DNA of 64,000 nucleotides from an uncultured Candidatus Poseidoniales archaeon. Its GTDB lineage: Archaea; Thermoplasmatota; Poseidoniia; Poseidoniales; Thalassarchaeaceae. Under the pieces are notes generated by a model. That model searched no databases and had not been told where the DNA came from. It saw only the letters and a list, made by a program, of their open reading frames with translations. Shown in pieces: positions 37,053-45,256 of this stretch. The translations under genes were made by a program, and so were the position numbers. The stretch is from contig CACJKA010000005.1 in assembly GCA_902593945.1 (NCBI GenBank), positions 16,643 to 80,642 of the forward strand, read 5' to 3'. How positions within the stretch are numbered: the first letter of the stretch is position 1; each line of letters starts with the position of its first letter.

Positions 37053-39329
37053 ATGGCCGACGAGGAGTCTTACACATTCGACTCATTATCAAAAATGATG
37101 GTTTTTGACTTGAGAGAAATATGTAAAAAAGAGGATTTATCATCCTCAGGAAACAAAGCAGAATTAATTGTAAGGATTCTTGGACATTTTTCATCAGATA
37201 ATGGAAATGATGACTTACTTCTCGAAGAAGAATCAGCCGAGAGTCAGAACTCATCAGTTAAGATTGAAGGAAAAAATGAAGAAATTCGTACTTCTAAAGA
37301 TATAGATGATGCCATAGATAGACTAATTTCTCGTGTTGAATCTAAGGATAATTTGGTTCTTGATGATAATTCTGAAGAAAAGGAAGTAATAGAAGAACCA
37401 GAAATAGCTGAAGAAATAATGGAGGCAGAGATTTTCGAGGCAGAAATTATCGAAGAACCAATAACTCCCGAAAAAGAAGAACCTTCCTTAATTTTGGACG
37501 AAGACGACCCTTGGTCATTAGAAAATGAAGAAGTAAAGGATATTTTTGAACCTACTACTGAAGACAAGGAAGATCAACCCTCAATGACAATTGTTCTGCC
37601 TTCAATAGATATTTTTAAGAAATATTGGCAACAAATTTCTGCAGTTTTTATGGTAGTTATACTAGTAGGTGCAGGAGTAGTTTACTTTCTTTCAGCGGAT
37701 TCCTCGTTCCAAGCTAGACCGTTAAATTATGGAGATTCTATGACATTTACTTTGAGCGATGGAGAGATTATTTTAGATGGTGATGACATGGTTGCATTAT
37801 TGAGAGACAATTTACCAGACACGGCAATTACAGACGCCTGCGATAAGCTTACAGTAGGGCTGACTGGGACAGGTTCAATCTCAATCGTTGAAGGAGATTT
37901 GTCTCAAATCGATCATCCGATTGATAGACAGTCATCTGATGAATTATTGGGAGTAATCAATGCCAAAGATGCCTATGGTCGTTCGCATTTGACAGTACAA
38001 CAAGAGATAACGCATGATCTCGAAGTCGATTTAGAAGGCAAAACATGGAAAGACACTAATGTATGTGGAAATTTAGGTTGGTCATTATCTGGTAATGATT
38101 TATTGATGACGACTAATATTTACGATGAATTAACAGAAACAAGTCTATTACGTTCGGAATCAATTATTTCGTTTACTGATGTCGAAGGCTCAACAACAAA
38201 TGCGAATGTTGTAACATTTGGTGCAGATGGTTTTGGTAATTTAGATGGAATAGCACCAATCTTAACATTCCCGTTAGCCCCCGTTGAGTTACACGATTTC
38301 TTTGGAGATATTAAATTGAAATCAGGTATGACTTCTGATTCAATATCTGATTGGAACAAGGATTGGGAATGGAGTGTTGGTTCTGAACAAAACACTGCAG
38401 AACATGGCTTGGTTTATCCAGTAAAAATTTCTCACTCCGAAGTTGAAAGATGTCTTGGGAGAATGAATATCGATATTCTTGTTAAGAATGGTGTTCCTTG
38501 GGCGGTTGAGCAAGAAGTTGATATCTTAATAGATAAAGATCAGAGTACTTCTGATTGTAGTTTTATAGAAAGTGCAGCTACTGATGCAGTTCTCCCAGAG
38601 GGGACTCTAACTGTAAGGATGAAGATGAGCAGAATAAGTTCAGATTCAGGTTCAGAATCGATTTCCTGGGGGTCAACATATGCTGGTAGGCCCGGACCTG
38701 GAGAAGACAAACTCAGTACTAATGCAAAGAAAGATTGGTCGACGGCAATGTGGGACGAATCTGAAATCAGGTCATTTACATTGGAAGATGCAATTAGTTG
38801 TTTACGTGCCAATCATTCTAACCGAGATGTAACTGTAGCAATTGATAGTGATGGATACATTTGGCAGTCTGCTTATTCGCTAGGTGAAATGGAAGAATGG
38901 AATCTATCATGGGTTCGTTCAGACGAAACATCTGGATGGGCAATAGTTAGCCAATCAAATAATGCTTGTTCATTTGAGGACGAAGGTCGTGATGATGGAG
39001 AAGTAATTTGGAATCAAGATGCAATTCCTTCAACTCATACATTGAAGAATCTAGAAGTTCGCGTTCTTGATTCTAATCGGTATCAAGACTTATCCGTGTC
39101 TTTGGGTGATAATCAGTGGTCAGAAGGTAGTAGTTTTGGATACAGATTGTCAGTATCCGAAGATAGTGATTTTCTTTCATTTTTACCTGGTGATCTTACA
39201 GAAGGACAAGTAACAGTTGCTGGAAGTAGGGAATGGACAGAATCTAATCGTAAACATAACATAAATTTTGCAATGGATGCTCAAACCGGAAGGATGCTTG
39301 CTTGGGCCGAGATTATTGGCCAACCTTAA
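37053..39329 (+). CDS. single-pass membrane protein: N-terminal SAP/HeH-like motif, acidic linker, TM helix, ~550-aa extracytoplasmic domain
   Basis: I start at ATG 37053 (MADEESYTFDSLSKMMVFDLREICKKEDLSSSGNKAELIVRILGHF = SAP-like pattern). The track's extension to 36798 overlaps rimK. E/D-rich linker, then TM helix ISAVFMVVILVGAGVVYFL, then a large domain with no recognised motifs. Confidence 0.75.
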   Translation: MADEESYTFDSLSKMMVFDLREICKKEDLSSSGNKAELIVRILGHFSSDNGNDDLLLEEESAESQNSSVKIEGKNEEIRTSKDIDDAIDRLISRVESKDNLVLDDNSEEKEVIEEPEIAEEIMEAEIFEAEIIEEPITPEKEEPSLILDEDDPWSLENEEVKDIFEPTTEDKEDQPSMTIVLPSIDIFKKYWQQISAVFMVVILVGAGVVYFLSADSSFQARPLNYGDSMTFTLSDGEIILDGDDMVALLRDNLPDTAITDACDKLTVGLTGTGSISIVEGDLSQIDHPIDRQSSDELLGVINAKDAYGRSHLTVQQEITHDLEVDLEGKTWKDTNVCGNLGWSLSGNDLLMTTNIYDELTETSLLRSESIISFTDVEGSTTNANVVTFGADGFGNLDGIAPILTFPLAPVELHDFFGDIKLKSGMTSDSISDWNKDWEWSVGSEQNTAEHGLVYPVKISHSEVERCLGRMNIDILVKNGVPWAVEQEVDILIDKDQSTSDCSFIESAATDAVLPEGTLTVRMKMSRISSDSGSESISWGSTYAGRPGPGEDKLSTNAKKDWSTAMWDESEIRSFTLEDAISCLRANHSNRDVTVAIDSDGYIWQSAYSLGEMEEWNLSWVRSDETSGWAIVSQSNNACSFEDEGRDDGEVIWNQDAIPSTHTLKNLEVRVLDSNRYQDLSVSLGDNQWSEGSSFGYRLSVSEDSDFLSFLPGDLTEGQVTVAGSREWTESNRKHNINFAMDAQTGRMLAWAEIIGQP

Positions 39330-39386
39330 ATCGTCTAAATATAGCAATCTGATAATTATTACAGGCGGCACATTCAACTTCCTTCT

Positions 39387-39403
39387 AAGCGCCGAAGGCG
39401 CTT
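39387..39403 (+). other. perfect 7-bp hairpin AAGCGCC-GAA-GGCGCTT ending 3 nt before the parA ATG
   Basis: Read directly from the sequence. It lies in the 76-nt spacer between the SAP-protein stop (39329) and the parA start (39406). Confidence 0.6.
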
Positions 39404-39405
39404 GT

Positions 39406-40350
39406 ATGTCTGCTGATGATGACAGTAATCTTCCTGAGGTTGAGAAGATTCCATTGGTAATTGATGCCGAATTTACTGAGGAAGAAGAAATTCAAGGTAC
39501 AACAAGTAGTTTGAATGAAATCTCTTCTCAAAAAACAAGTAGACCACTGGATTTACCCTTTCCAACTCCAACTCCTGATGGTCGTGCAAGAGTAATCACT
39601 GTCATTAACCAGAAAGGAGGAGTTGGGAAAACAACCACTGTGATTAATATTGCATCTCAATTGGCATTGAGAGGTCACCGTATTCTAGTCGTGGATGCGG
39701 ATTCTCAAGGTAACTGTGCAACAGGATTAGGAGTAGACAAAAGTAAGGTTCAGCACACAACTAGAGACCTTATTCTTTCACCAGAGACTGCTATATCTGC
39801 TCGACATGCGACCGCTGTTGACGGACTACACATGATTGTTGGAGATCGAAGTTTGGTAGGATTAGAGCAGGAAATGTTGAGGCAGTTGGGTAGGGAAAGA
39901 CGATTATCAGAAGCTTTAGAGCCATTACTTCCACATTATGATATTGTCATAATCGATACCCCTCCTTCACTGGGTTTGGTAACAATAAATGCGCTTGTTG
40001 CAAGCAATGGAGTATTAATTCCTGTTCAAACCGAATATTTCGCTCTTGAGGGTCTTGCAATGTTGGCAGGAACAATCAGAGAGGTCAGAAGTCTGCTCAA
40101 TCCAATCTTAGGTGTTGATGGAGTTTTACTGACCATGCATGCTAGTACTCTTCTAAATCAACAGGTGGCATCAGAAATTTTCGAACACCTTCCTGAGTTT
40201 GTAATTCGTCCAGCTATAAGGCGTAATATCAAACTAGCAGAAGCCCCAAGTCATGGTGTGCCAATACATTTGCACGATCCAAGTAGCAACGGCGGTAAAG
40301 ACTACCAAGACGTTTCTAGTGTATTGGCAAAAAGATGGGGATTAGAATAA
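39406..40350 (+). CDS. parA: ParA/Soj-family chromosome-partitioning-type ATPase with acidic N-terminal extension
   Basis: Deviant Walker A VINQKGGVGKTTT, then VVDADSQGN, IVIIDTPPSLG and IPVQTEYFALEGLAML. I start at ATG 39406. The track's extension to 39268 overlaps the upstream gene end. Confidence 0.9.
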   Translation: MSADDDSNLPEVEKIPLVIDAEFTEEEEIQGTTSSLNEISSQKTSRPLDLPFPTPTPDGRARVITVINQKGGVGKTTTVINIASQLALRGHRILVVDADSQGNCATGLGVDKSKVQHTTRDLILSPETAISARHATAVDGLHMIVGDRSLVGLEQEMLRQLGRERRLSEALEPLLPHYDIVIIDTPPSLGLVTINALVASNGVLIPVQTEYFALEGLAMLAGTIREVRSLLNPILGVDGVLLTMHASTLLNQQVASEIFEHLPEFVIRPAIRRNIKLAEAPSHGVPIHLHDPSSNGGKDYQDVSSVLAKRWGLE

Positions 40351-41312
40351 TGTCATCTAAAGGCCTTGGAAGAGGCTTAGAATCGGTAGCAGAATTGGCC
40401 AAAGAAGGACCTGATCTTTCATCATATGTATCTGTACCAAAATTACCAGTAGATTCTCCAAGAGTGGCTGTTCTTTGGATGATATTTGGCAGTATTTCAT
40501 TTGGGACTATGAATGCATTAGTGAAATGGACATCTGTAAATGCAGACGTATGGATGATAATTTTCGTACGTTCACTGGTAATTGCTATAGCAGTAGCTGT
40601 TTTTGCTAGTTTTCAAGGCATAAGCCTCAAAGTGAAAGATCGAAGAAAGATGTTTCTACGTTGCCTCACAGGATTAATTGCAATGTTGCTTTATTTCACA
40701 GCATTGTCATTAATTCCAATTGGTCAGGCGGTTACATTACAGTATACTGCTCCATTATTTGTAGCACTACTTTCTGGCCGGTTAATTAGCGAGAAAGTTT
40801 CTTCTTCAGTTCTAATTCTCCTATTGACAGCTTTTGTAGGGATAGTTCTGATAGTCTCTCCAGACTTGGAAAGTATTGATTCCAATGCACTACTTGCTCT
40901 TGGGTCGGGATTATTTGCAGGATTAGCTTATATCTTTGTTCGTGATTTAAGAAAAACAGAATCACCATCTTCAGTAGTATTTTGGTTCGCTGCTTTTTCA
41001 GTCCTAGGGTCAATGGTTCAAGCAGTCCCTGATTTATCCAATTTATCATTCGAAATGGTTGCAGCTTTAATCGGCATTGGAATTGGTGCAGGGGGAGGTC
41101 AAGTAGGAATTACTATGGCTTACCATAAGGCAAATGCTGCTTGGGTCAGTGCTTTTTCCTATCTTACAGTAATAATAGCAACAATTTATGGCGTTATTTT
41201 GTTTGATGAGATATTAACTTTGAAGATTATTATTGGTGGTTTAATGATTATAGGTTCGGGAATAGCATTGGTATTTTTTACTCCCTCAAGTTCAGATAAT
41301 GAGAGTTCTTAA
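40350..41312 (+). CDS. EamA/DMT-family 10-TM permease carrying a ParB-like N-terminal peptide
   Basis: About 10 hydrophobic helices in two halves with EamA-like sequence (LQYTAPLFVALLSGRLISEKV...). The N-terminus is MSSKGLGRGLESVAELAKEG. ATG 40350 overlaps the parA stop (TAATG). An alternative ATG at 40335 adds 5 codons. Confidence 0.8.
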   Translation: MSSKGLGRGLESVAELAKEGPDLSSYVSVPKLPVDSPRVAVLWMIFGSISFGTMNALVKWTSVNADVWMIIFVRSLVIAIAVAVFASFQGISLKVKDRRKMFLRCLTGLIAMLLYFTALSLIPIGQAVTLQYTAPLFVALLSGRLISEKVSSSVLILLLTAFVGIVLIVSPDLESIDSNALLALGSGLFAGLAYIFVRDLRKTESPSSVVFWFAAFSVLGSMVQAVPDLSNLSFEMVAALIGIGIGAGGGQVGITMAYHKANAAWVSAFSYLTVIIATIYGVILFDEILTLKIIIGGLMIIGSGIALVFFTPSSSDNESS

Positions 41313-41983
41313 TCGAACCATTCAGAAATCTCGTCAAGATTCTTCCTTGTAAGATTAGGTACTTTGGCATTTTCTGCAGGATATCCGACAGGCATTAGTA
41401 ACATTGCATGTTCATGTTCCGGTCTATCTAGGATATCTCTTAGGAATTTCATAGGTGATGGAGTGTGTGTCAAAGTAGTCAGTCCCATATTTTGTATAGC
41501 TGCAATGAATAAACCTATAGCAATTCCACATGATTCTTGAGAATAATAGGTCGGAGCGCTTTCTCCATTCATGCGTTCCCTTTTAGATTGCCTAAATACA
41601 ACTACAACCCAAGGAGCATCAGTAATATGTTCCTTGACATGATCTGTCCCCAGGGGGCGCAATAATTCAGCCCATGCTTCTGGCATTCTTTCAGAGTATG
41701 TTTTTTCTTCTTCCTCTTCTGCTGCTTTGCGAATCTTAATTTTCAGTTCTTCATTTGATATTGCGACGAAAGTCCAAGGTTGCAGATGTGCTCCAGATGG
41801 TGCTGTACCTGCTGTTTTAATTGCTATTTCTATTAATTCACGGGGAACTTCCTTTCTTGAAAAATGCCTTGTAGTACGTCTTTTATTCATCATTTCAAAG
41901 AATCTCGAAGCATTTACAGACATATCTTCTACAGGAATCTCAGAGAACTCTAAATCAATGAAATCAGATTCTTCATCATTCAT
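41309..41983 (-). CDS. nitroreductase-family flavoprotein (iodotyrosine-deiodinase/BluB-like subgroup)
   Basis: RRTTRHFSRKEVPRELIEIAIKTAGTAPSGAHLQPWTFVAISN is typical of the nitroreductase fold. Confidence 0.8.
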   Translation of the reverse strand: MNDEESDFIDLEFSEIPVEDMSVNASRFFEMMNKRRTTRHFSRKEVPRELIEIAIKTAGTAPSGAHLQPWTFVAISNEELKIKIRKAAEEEEEKTYSERMPEAWAELLRPLGTDHVKEHITDAPWVVVVFRQSKRERMNGESAPTYYSQESCGIAIGLFIAAIQNMGLTTLTHTPSPMKFLRDILDRPEHEHAMLLMPVGYPAENAKVPNLTRKNLDEISEWFD

Positions 41984-42539
41984 ATTTTCCCTCAGATCGT
42001 TGTACTATAAGTCCTGCAATAATCATCGCAGATAGAGTTAGAGAGAAAATAAATCCTGGCAAACTATCATCTTTATCTTCAGTCATACAAGAGGTATCAT
42101 TCCCTCCCCATTCTTCTCCATCATACCAACAGTCAGACCATATTTTCCAACCAAATCCTGATTCAGGAATCCTTACAACTGTTTCATTATTATCTACTTG
42201 GTCAATTCTCCAATTCAAGTAGGTTGCATCTTGGTCTACAATTACTGAAGCTGTCCATGTTTCATTATCCGAAGTATTCATTTGAATTGTTTTCGGAGGA
42301 TAGCAAACACCCGAATTAATGCAAACCTGAGTAATCCAGTTAATGTGGCTAAGATTCGTAGTTCCATTCTTGAGAGTTAGTGAAATAGTAAACTCTTGTT
42401 CTGCATAAACAATTTTATTGTATTCCATCGATTGAAAATCAGTTTCATTCAGACTTGTTTCCTCATTAATTCCGCCATCTGAAGCAACGACATTGGATGA
42501 TAAAATAGTCACCATCACCAATGCCAGCAGTTTATGCAT
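41976..42539 (-). CDS. secreted protein with signal peptide and PGF-CTERM-like C-terminal anchor
   Basis: N-terminus MHKLLALVMVTILSSNVVAS. C-terminus ...DDSLPGFIFSLTLSAMIIAGLIVQRSEGKYE (PGF, hydrophobic helix, then charged end). Overlaps the downstream nitroreductase start by 8 nt. Confidence 0.7.
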   Translation of the reverse strand: MHKLLALVMVTILSSNVVASDGGINEETSLNETDFQSMEYNKIVYAEQEFTISLTLKNGTTNLSHINWITQVCINSGVCYPPKTIQMNTSDNETWTASVIVDQDATYLNWRIDQVDNNETVVRIPESGFGWKIWSDCWYDGEEWGGNDTSCMTEDKDDSLPGFIFSLTLSAMIIAGLIVQRSEGKYE

Positions 42540-42578
42540 AACTGTTCGTAGAGATTCTTACAAATGAATCCTATTGAT

Positions 42579-43112
42579 TCATGTTTCTAGTTCCCAAAGT
42601 TCATCGCCAACCCAATGGATTGTCTTAATCGCCTTTCCTTTGGTCATTTCCATCATTTCTTCACCACTTACTAGAGCCATTCCTATTGCGAGAGGTTTGC
42701 CGTGTTGTTGATCTCTAATCCACATTAAATCGCCAGGTTGTATATTCGGATCCGCTAGATGAATTCCTGCTCCCATACAATCTGCTCCATTCATCAAAAA
42801 AGGAATCGCTCCGTGATCTACTGCTGCCCAACTTTTTTCTATATTCCAAGCCAAAACCCCTCTGATTGTTGGATACCATGATTTTCCGGAATCTGTCTGG
42901 ATCTGAAATGCTAGAGGAATTTTATCTACTAAAATCAAGTCTCTTTCTTGAAAATGCCCTTTTTCTAAAAATAGGTTTGGAAAATTTAGATCTATACCAA
43001 TTACGTCAGAAAGTTCTTTCATTTCTTTACGAATTTGCTTCCACCTTACAGGTGTCCTGCGTCGAATCCTCTTCTCACTCACAATTACTTGTGAAAGCAT
43101 AATGTCTATCAA
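42579..43112 (-). CDS. PUA-domain RNA-binding protein (MCT-1/Tma20-like, COG2016-type)
   Basis: C-terminal PUA-like segment (HGAIPFLMNGADCMGAGIHLADPNIQPGDLMWIRDQQHGKPLAIGMALVSGEEM). Lies beside translation genes. Confidence 0.65.
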   Translation of the reverse strand: MIDIMLSQVIVSEKRIRRRTPVRWKQIRKEMKELSDVIGIDLNFPNLFLEKGHFQERDLILVDKIPLAFQIQTDSGKSWYPTIRGVLAWNIEKSWAAVDHGAIPFLMNGADCMGAGIHLADPNIQPGDLMWIRDQQHGKPLAIGMALVSGEEMMEMTKGKAIKTIHWVGDELWELET

Positions 43113-43200
43113 TATACTTTATTTTAGTCACACAAATTATGTTTTTCAGCATTTATTCCGGTAGAATTTGACAGTTTTCTCTTTACTGGTTAATCCAATC

Positions 43201-43211
43201 TATTGAAATAA
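43201..43211 (+). promoter_or_regulatory. TATA-box-like A/T element ~28 nt upstream of the rps8e ATG (candidate leaderless promoter)
   Basis: TATTGAAATAA is followed by a GC-rich spacer with no SD motif before ATG 43234. The spacing fits an archaeal TATA centred about -26 from a start site at or near the ATG. Confidence 0.3.
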
Positions 43212-43233
43212 GGGCGGCAAGTCGGCGGCTTGC

Positions 43234-43626
43234 ATGGCAAAGTGGCATGGTATATCTCGACGCAAGGCAACAGGCGGACGCTTGAAGCGACCAAACCGTT
43301 ATCGAGGTAAGCGTAGAACAGAGATTTCCAGTGAAGCTCAGTATGCTTTCGTAGGTGACGTTGATGCATCTAAGAAGTATAGAAAGAATGCAGGTTCTCA
43401 AACAGTTAGAGTTACTTCAGCTCACACAGTAAATGTCCATTCCAAAGATGGTAAGACTACTCGTTCAACAATCTCAAATGTTCTAGAAAATAGTGCAAAT
43501 CTTAACTTTGTTAGACGTAACATAGTTACGAAGGGAGCAATCATTCAAACTGAACTTGGTAAAGTCAAAGTAACTAGCAGGCCAGGTATGGACGGAGTAG
43601 TTTCTGGCGTTCTTATAGAAGAATGA
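43234..43626 (+). CDS. rps8e: 30S ribosomal protein S8e
   Basis: MAKWHGISRRKATGGRLKRPNRYRGKRR... is the canonical S8e N-terminus. Confidence 0.92.
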   Translation: MAKWHGISRRKATGGRLKRPNRYRGKRRTEISSEAQYAFVGDVDASKKYRKNAGSQTVRVTSAHTVNVHSKDGKTTRSTISNVLENSANLNFVRRNIVTKGAIIQTELGKVKVTSRPGMDGVVSGVLIEE

Positions 43627-43675
43627 TTCAGTCGAAGCCCTCAAGTTTGCTCAATAACGCGGAGAGAGCGGTAGC

Positions 43676-44116
43676 ATGACAGCGGACAAGTCGAAGATGA
43701 CTCTTTGGACTAGATATTTTGATTCTAAATTATCTCGTTCTGAAGGCCGTCGCGTTTCTAAAGAAGCTTCAATCCCAAGCCCTAGTCTTGACTCAATTGT
43801 TTGGGCTGCAAGAGAAGTAGGACTATCGAAGATGAAGCGTGATGTCGAAGCAAGTCACCCTTCTCGTCCACATTCGAAAGAAGGTAGACTCATTCTCTCA
43901 ACTAAAGAAGCAATTTCAGTAACTCAGGCAGATTCTAAAGAAGGTGTTATGAAAAGCATTGGACTTCGTTTACGTCATCAGTATATCGAAGCAAAAAATG
44001 ATGAAAATCCAAAGCAGAAACAACAAAAGAAAGGCGACAAACAGGTTCGTTCACAAAGAAAATCATTCAAGGGAAAGAATAGCAGCCAAAGGAAAAAGCG
44101 TTTTGGTCGCAAATAA
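43676..44116 (+). CDS. srp19: signal recognition particle protein SRP19 with K/Q-rich C-terminal extension
   Basis: LWTRYFDSKLSRSEGRRVSKE matches the SRP19 core. A ~40-aa basic tail follows (NPKQKQQKKGDKQVRSQRKSFKGKNSSQRKKRFGRK). Confidence 0.85.
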   Translation: MTADKSKMTLWTRYFDSKLSRSEGRRVSKEASIPSPSLDSIVWAAREVGLSKMKRDVEASHPSRPHSKEGRLILSTKEAISVTQADSKEGVMKSIGLRLRHQYIEAKNDENPKQKQQKKGDKQVRSQRKSFKGKNSSQRKKRFGRK

Positions 44117-45142
44117 TTATATCTCAGGTGTCCACCCGAATTTATCTTCAACTCTTCCATTCATTATATCCGTAAGTGCTGTGTATAATTCTTGAGTAAT
44201 TTCTCCAATTTCTCCATCACTGTAATTAGCAATTTCTCCACCATGTTCTATCGAACCAATTGGAGAGATGACTGCAGCGGTCCCTGCACAAAATGCTTCA
44301 TCTGCAGTCATGGCAAAGTTAACATCGACTTTTGTTTCTTGAACTTCATACCCGAGAGACCTTGCTAATTCAATAGTTGACATTCTGGTAATACCTGGTA
44401 AAATGGTACCAGTAAGCTCGGGTGTGTAGATTATTTTGTCTTTAACACAAAAGAAATTAGCAGCCCCAACTTCCTCAATATATCTGTGATTTACTGCATC
44501 AAGATAGATAATTTCAGCATATCCGTTCGATTTTGCTTTTTTCGATGGCATCATTCCGGGCGCATAATTCCCTATTGCTTTCACGCCACCTGATCCGCCC
44601 GGAGCTGCTCGATGATATTCATCTGAAACTTTCAAAGAAATTGGATTCATACCACCTTTGAAATATGGGCCTACAGGAACTGCATAAATCAAGAATGTGT
44701 ATTCAGGAGCTGGAGCTACACCCAAAATTGCTCCACTACCAAAAATCAGAGGTCGAATGTATAACTCTCCTCTTCCTGTTGGAGGTAACCAACGAATATT
44801 TTCTTCCACTACCTTTCTTACAGCATCTAAGAACATATTTTCCGATACAGGAGGCATCCCTAATCTTCTACAACCATCAGCTGATCTTCTTGCATTAAAT
44901 TCGGGACGAAATAGTAATACTCGCCCATCTTCTGCTCTTCTTGCTTTCATTCCTTCAAACAAACCTTGTCCATAATTGATAACACCTGCAGCAGGTGAGA
45001 TTCTCAAATTTTGGTAATCTTGCATGATTCCCTCTTCCCATTCGCCACCTTGCTCACATTTGGAAATAAACATCCTATCAGTTTCTGTAAAACTGAAAGT
45101 CAAACTATCCCAATCTATGCTTGGTTTGGACTCATCTAACAT
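44117..45142 (-). CDS. ilvE: branched-chain amino acid aminotransferase (class IV)
   Basis: GVINYGQGLFEGMKARRAEDGRVLLFRPEFNARR..., ELYIRPLIFGSG and GGVKAIGNYA (PLP Lys region). Confidence 0.9.
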   Translation of the reverse strand: MLDESKPSIDWDSLTFSFTETDRMFISKCEQGGEWEEGIMQDYQNLRISPAAGVINYGQGLFEGMKARRAEDGRVLLFRPEFNARRSADGCRRLGMPPVSENMFLDAVRKVVEENIRWLPPTGRGELYIRPLIFGSGAILGVAPAPEYTFLIYAVPVGPYFKGGMNPISLKVSDEYHRAAPGGSGGVKAIGNYAPGMMPSKKAKSNGYAEIIYLDAVNHRYIEEVGAANFFCVKDKIIYTPELTGTILPGITRMSTIELARSLGYEVQETKVDVNFAMTADEAFCAGTAAVISPIGSIEHGGEIANYSDGEIGEITQELYTALTDIMNGRVEDKFGWTPEI

Positions 45143-45256
45143 ACTAACGGCCTCAGTTAAATGTCTAGGGAGAGGGGACGGCTTTCAACGGTTTTGTTCA
45201 ATCGAACACAAAATAGCATTAGGAGAACTTCACAAGTGTGAGTATGATACGCCTCA

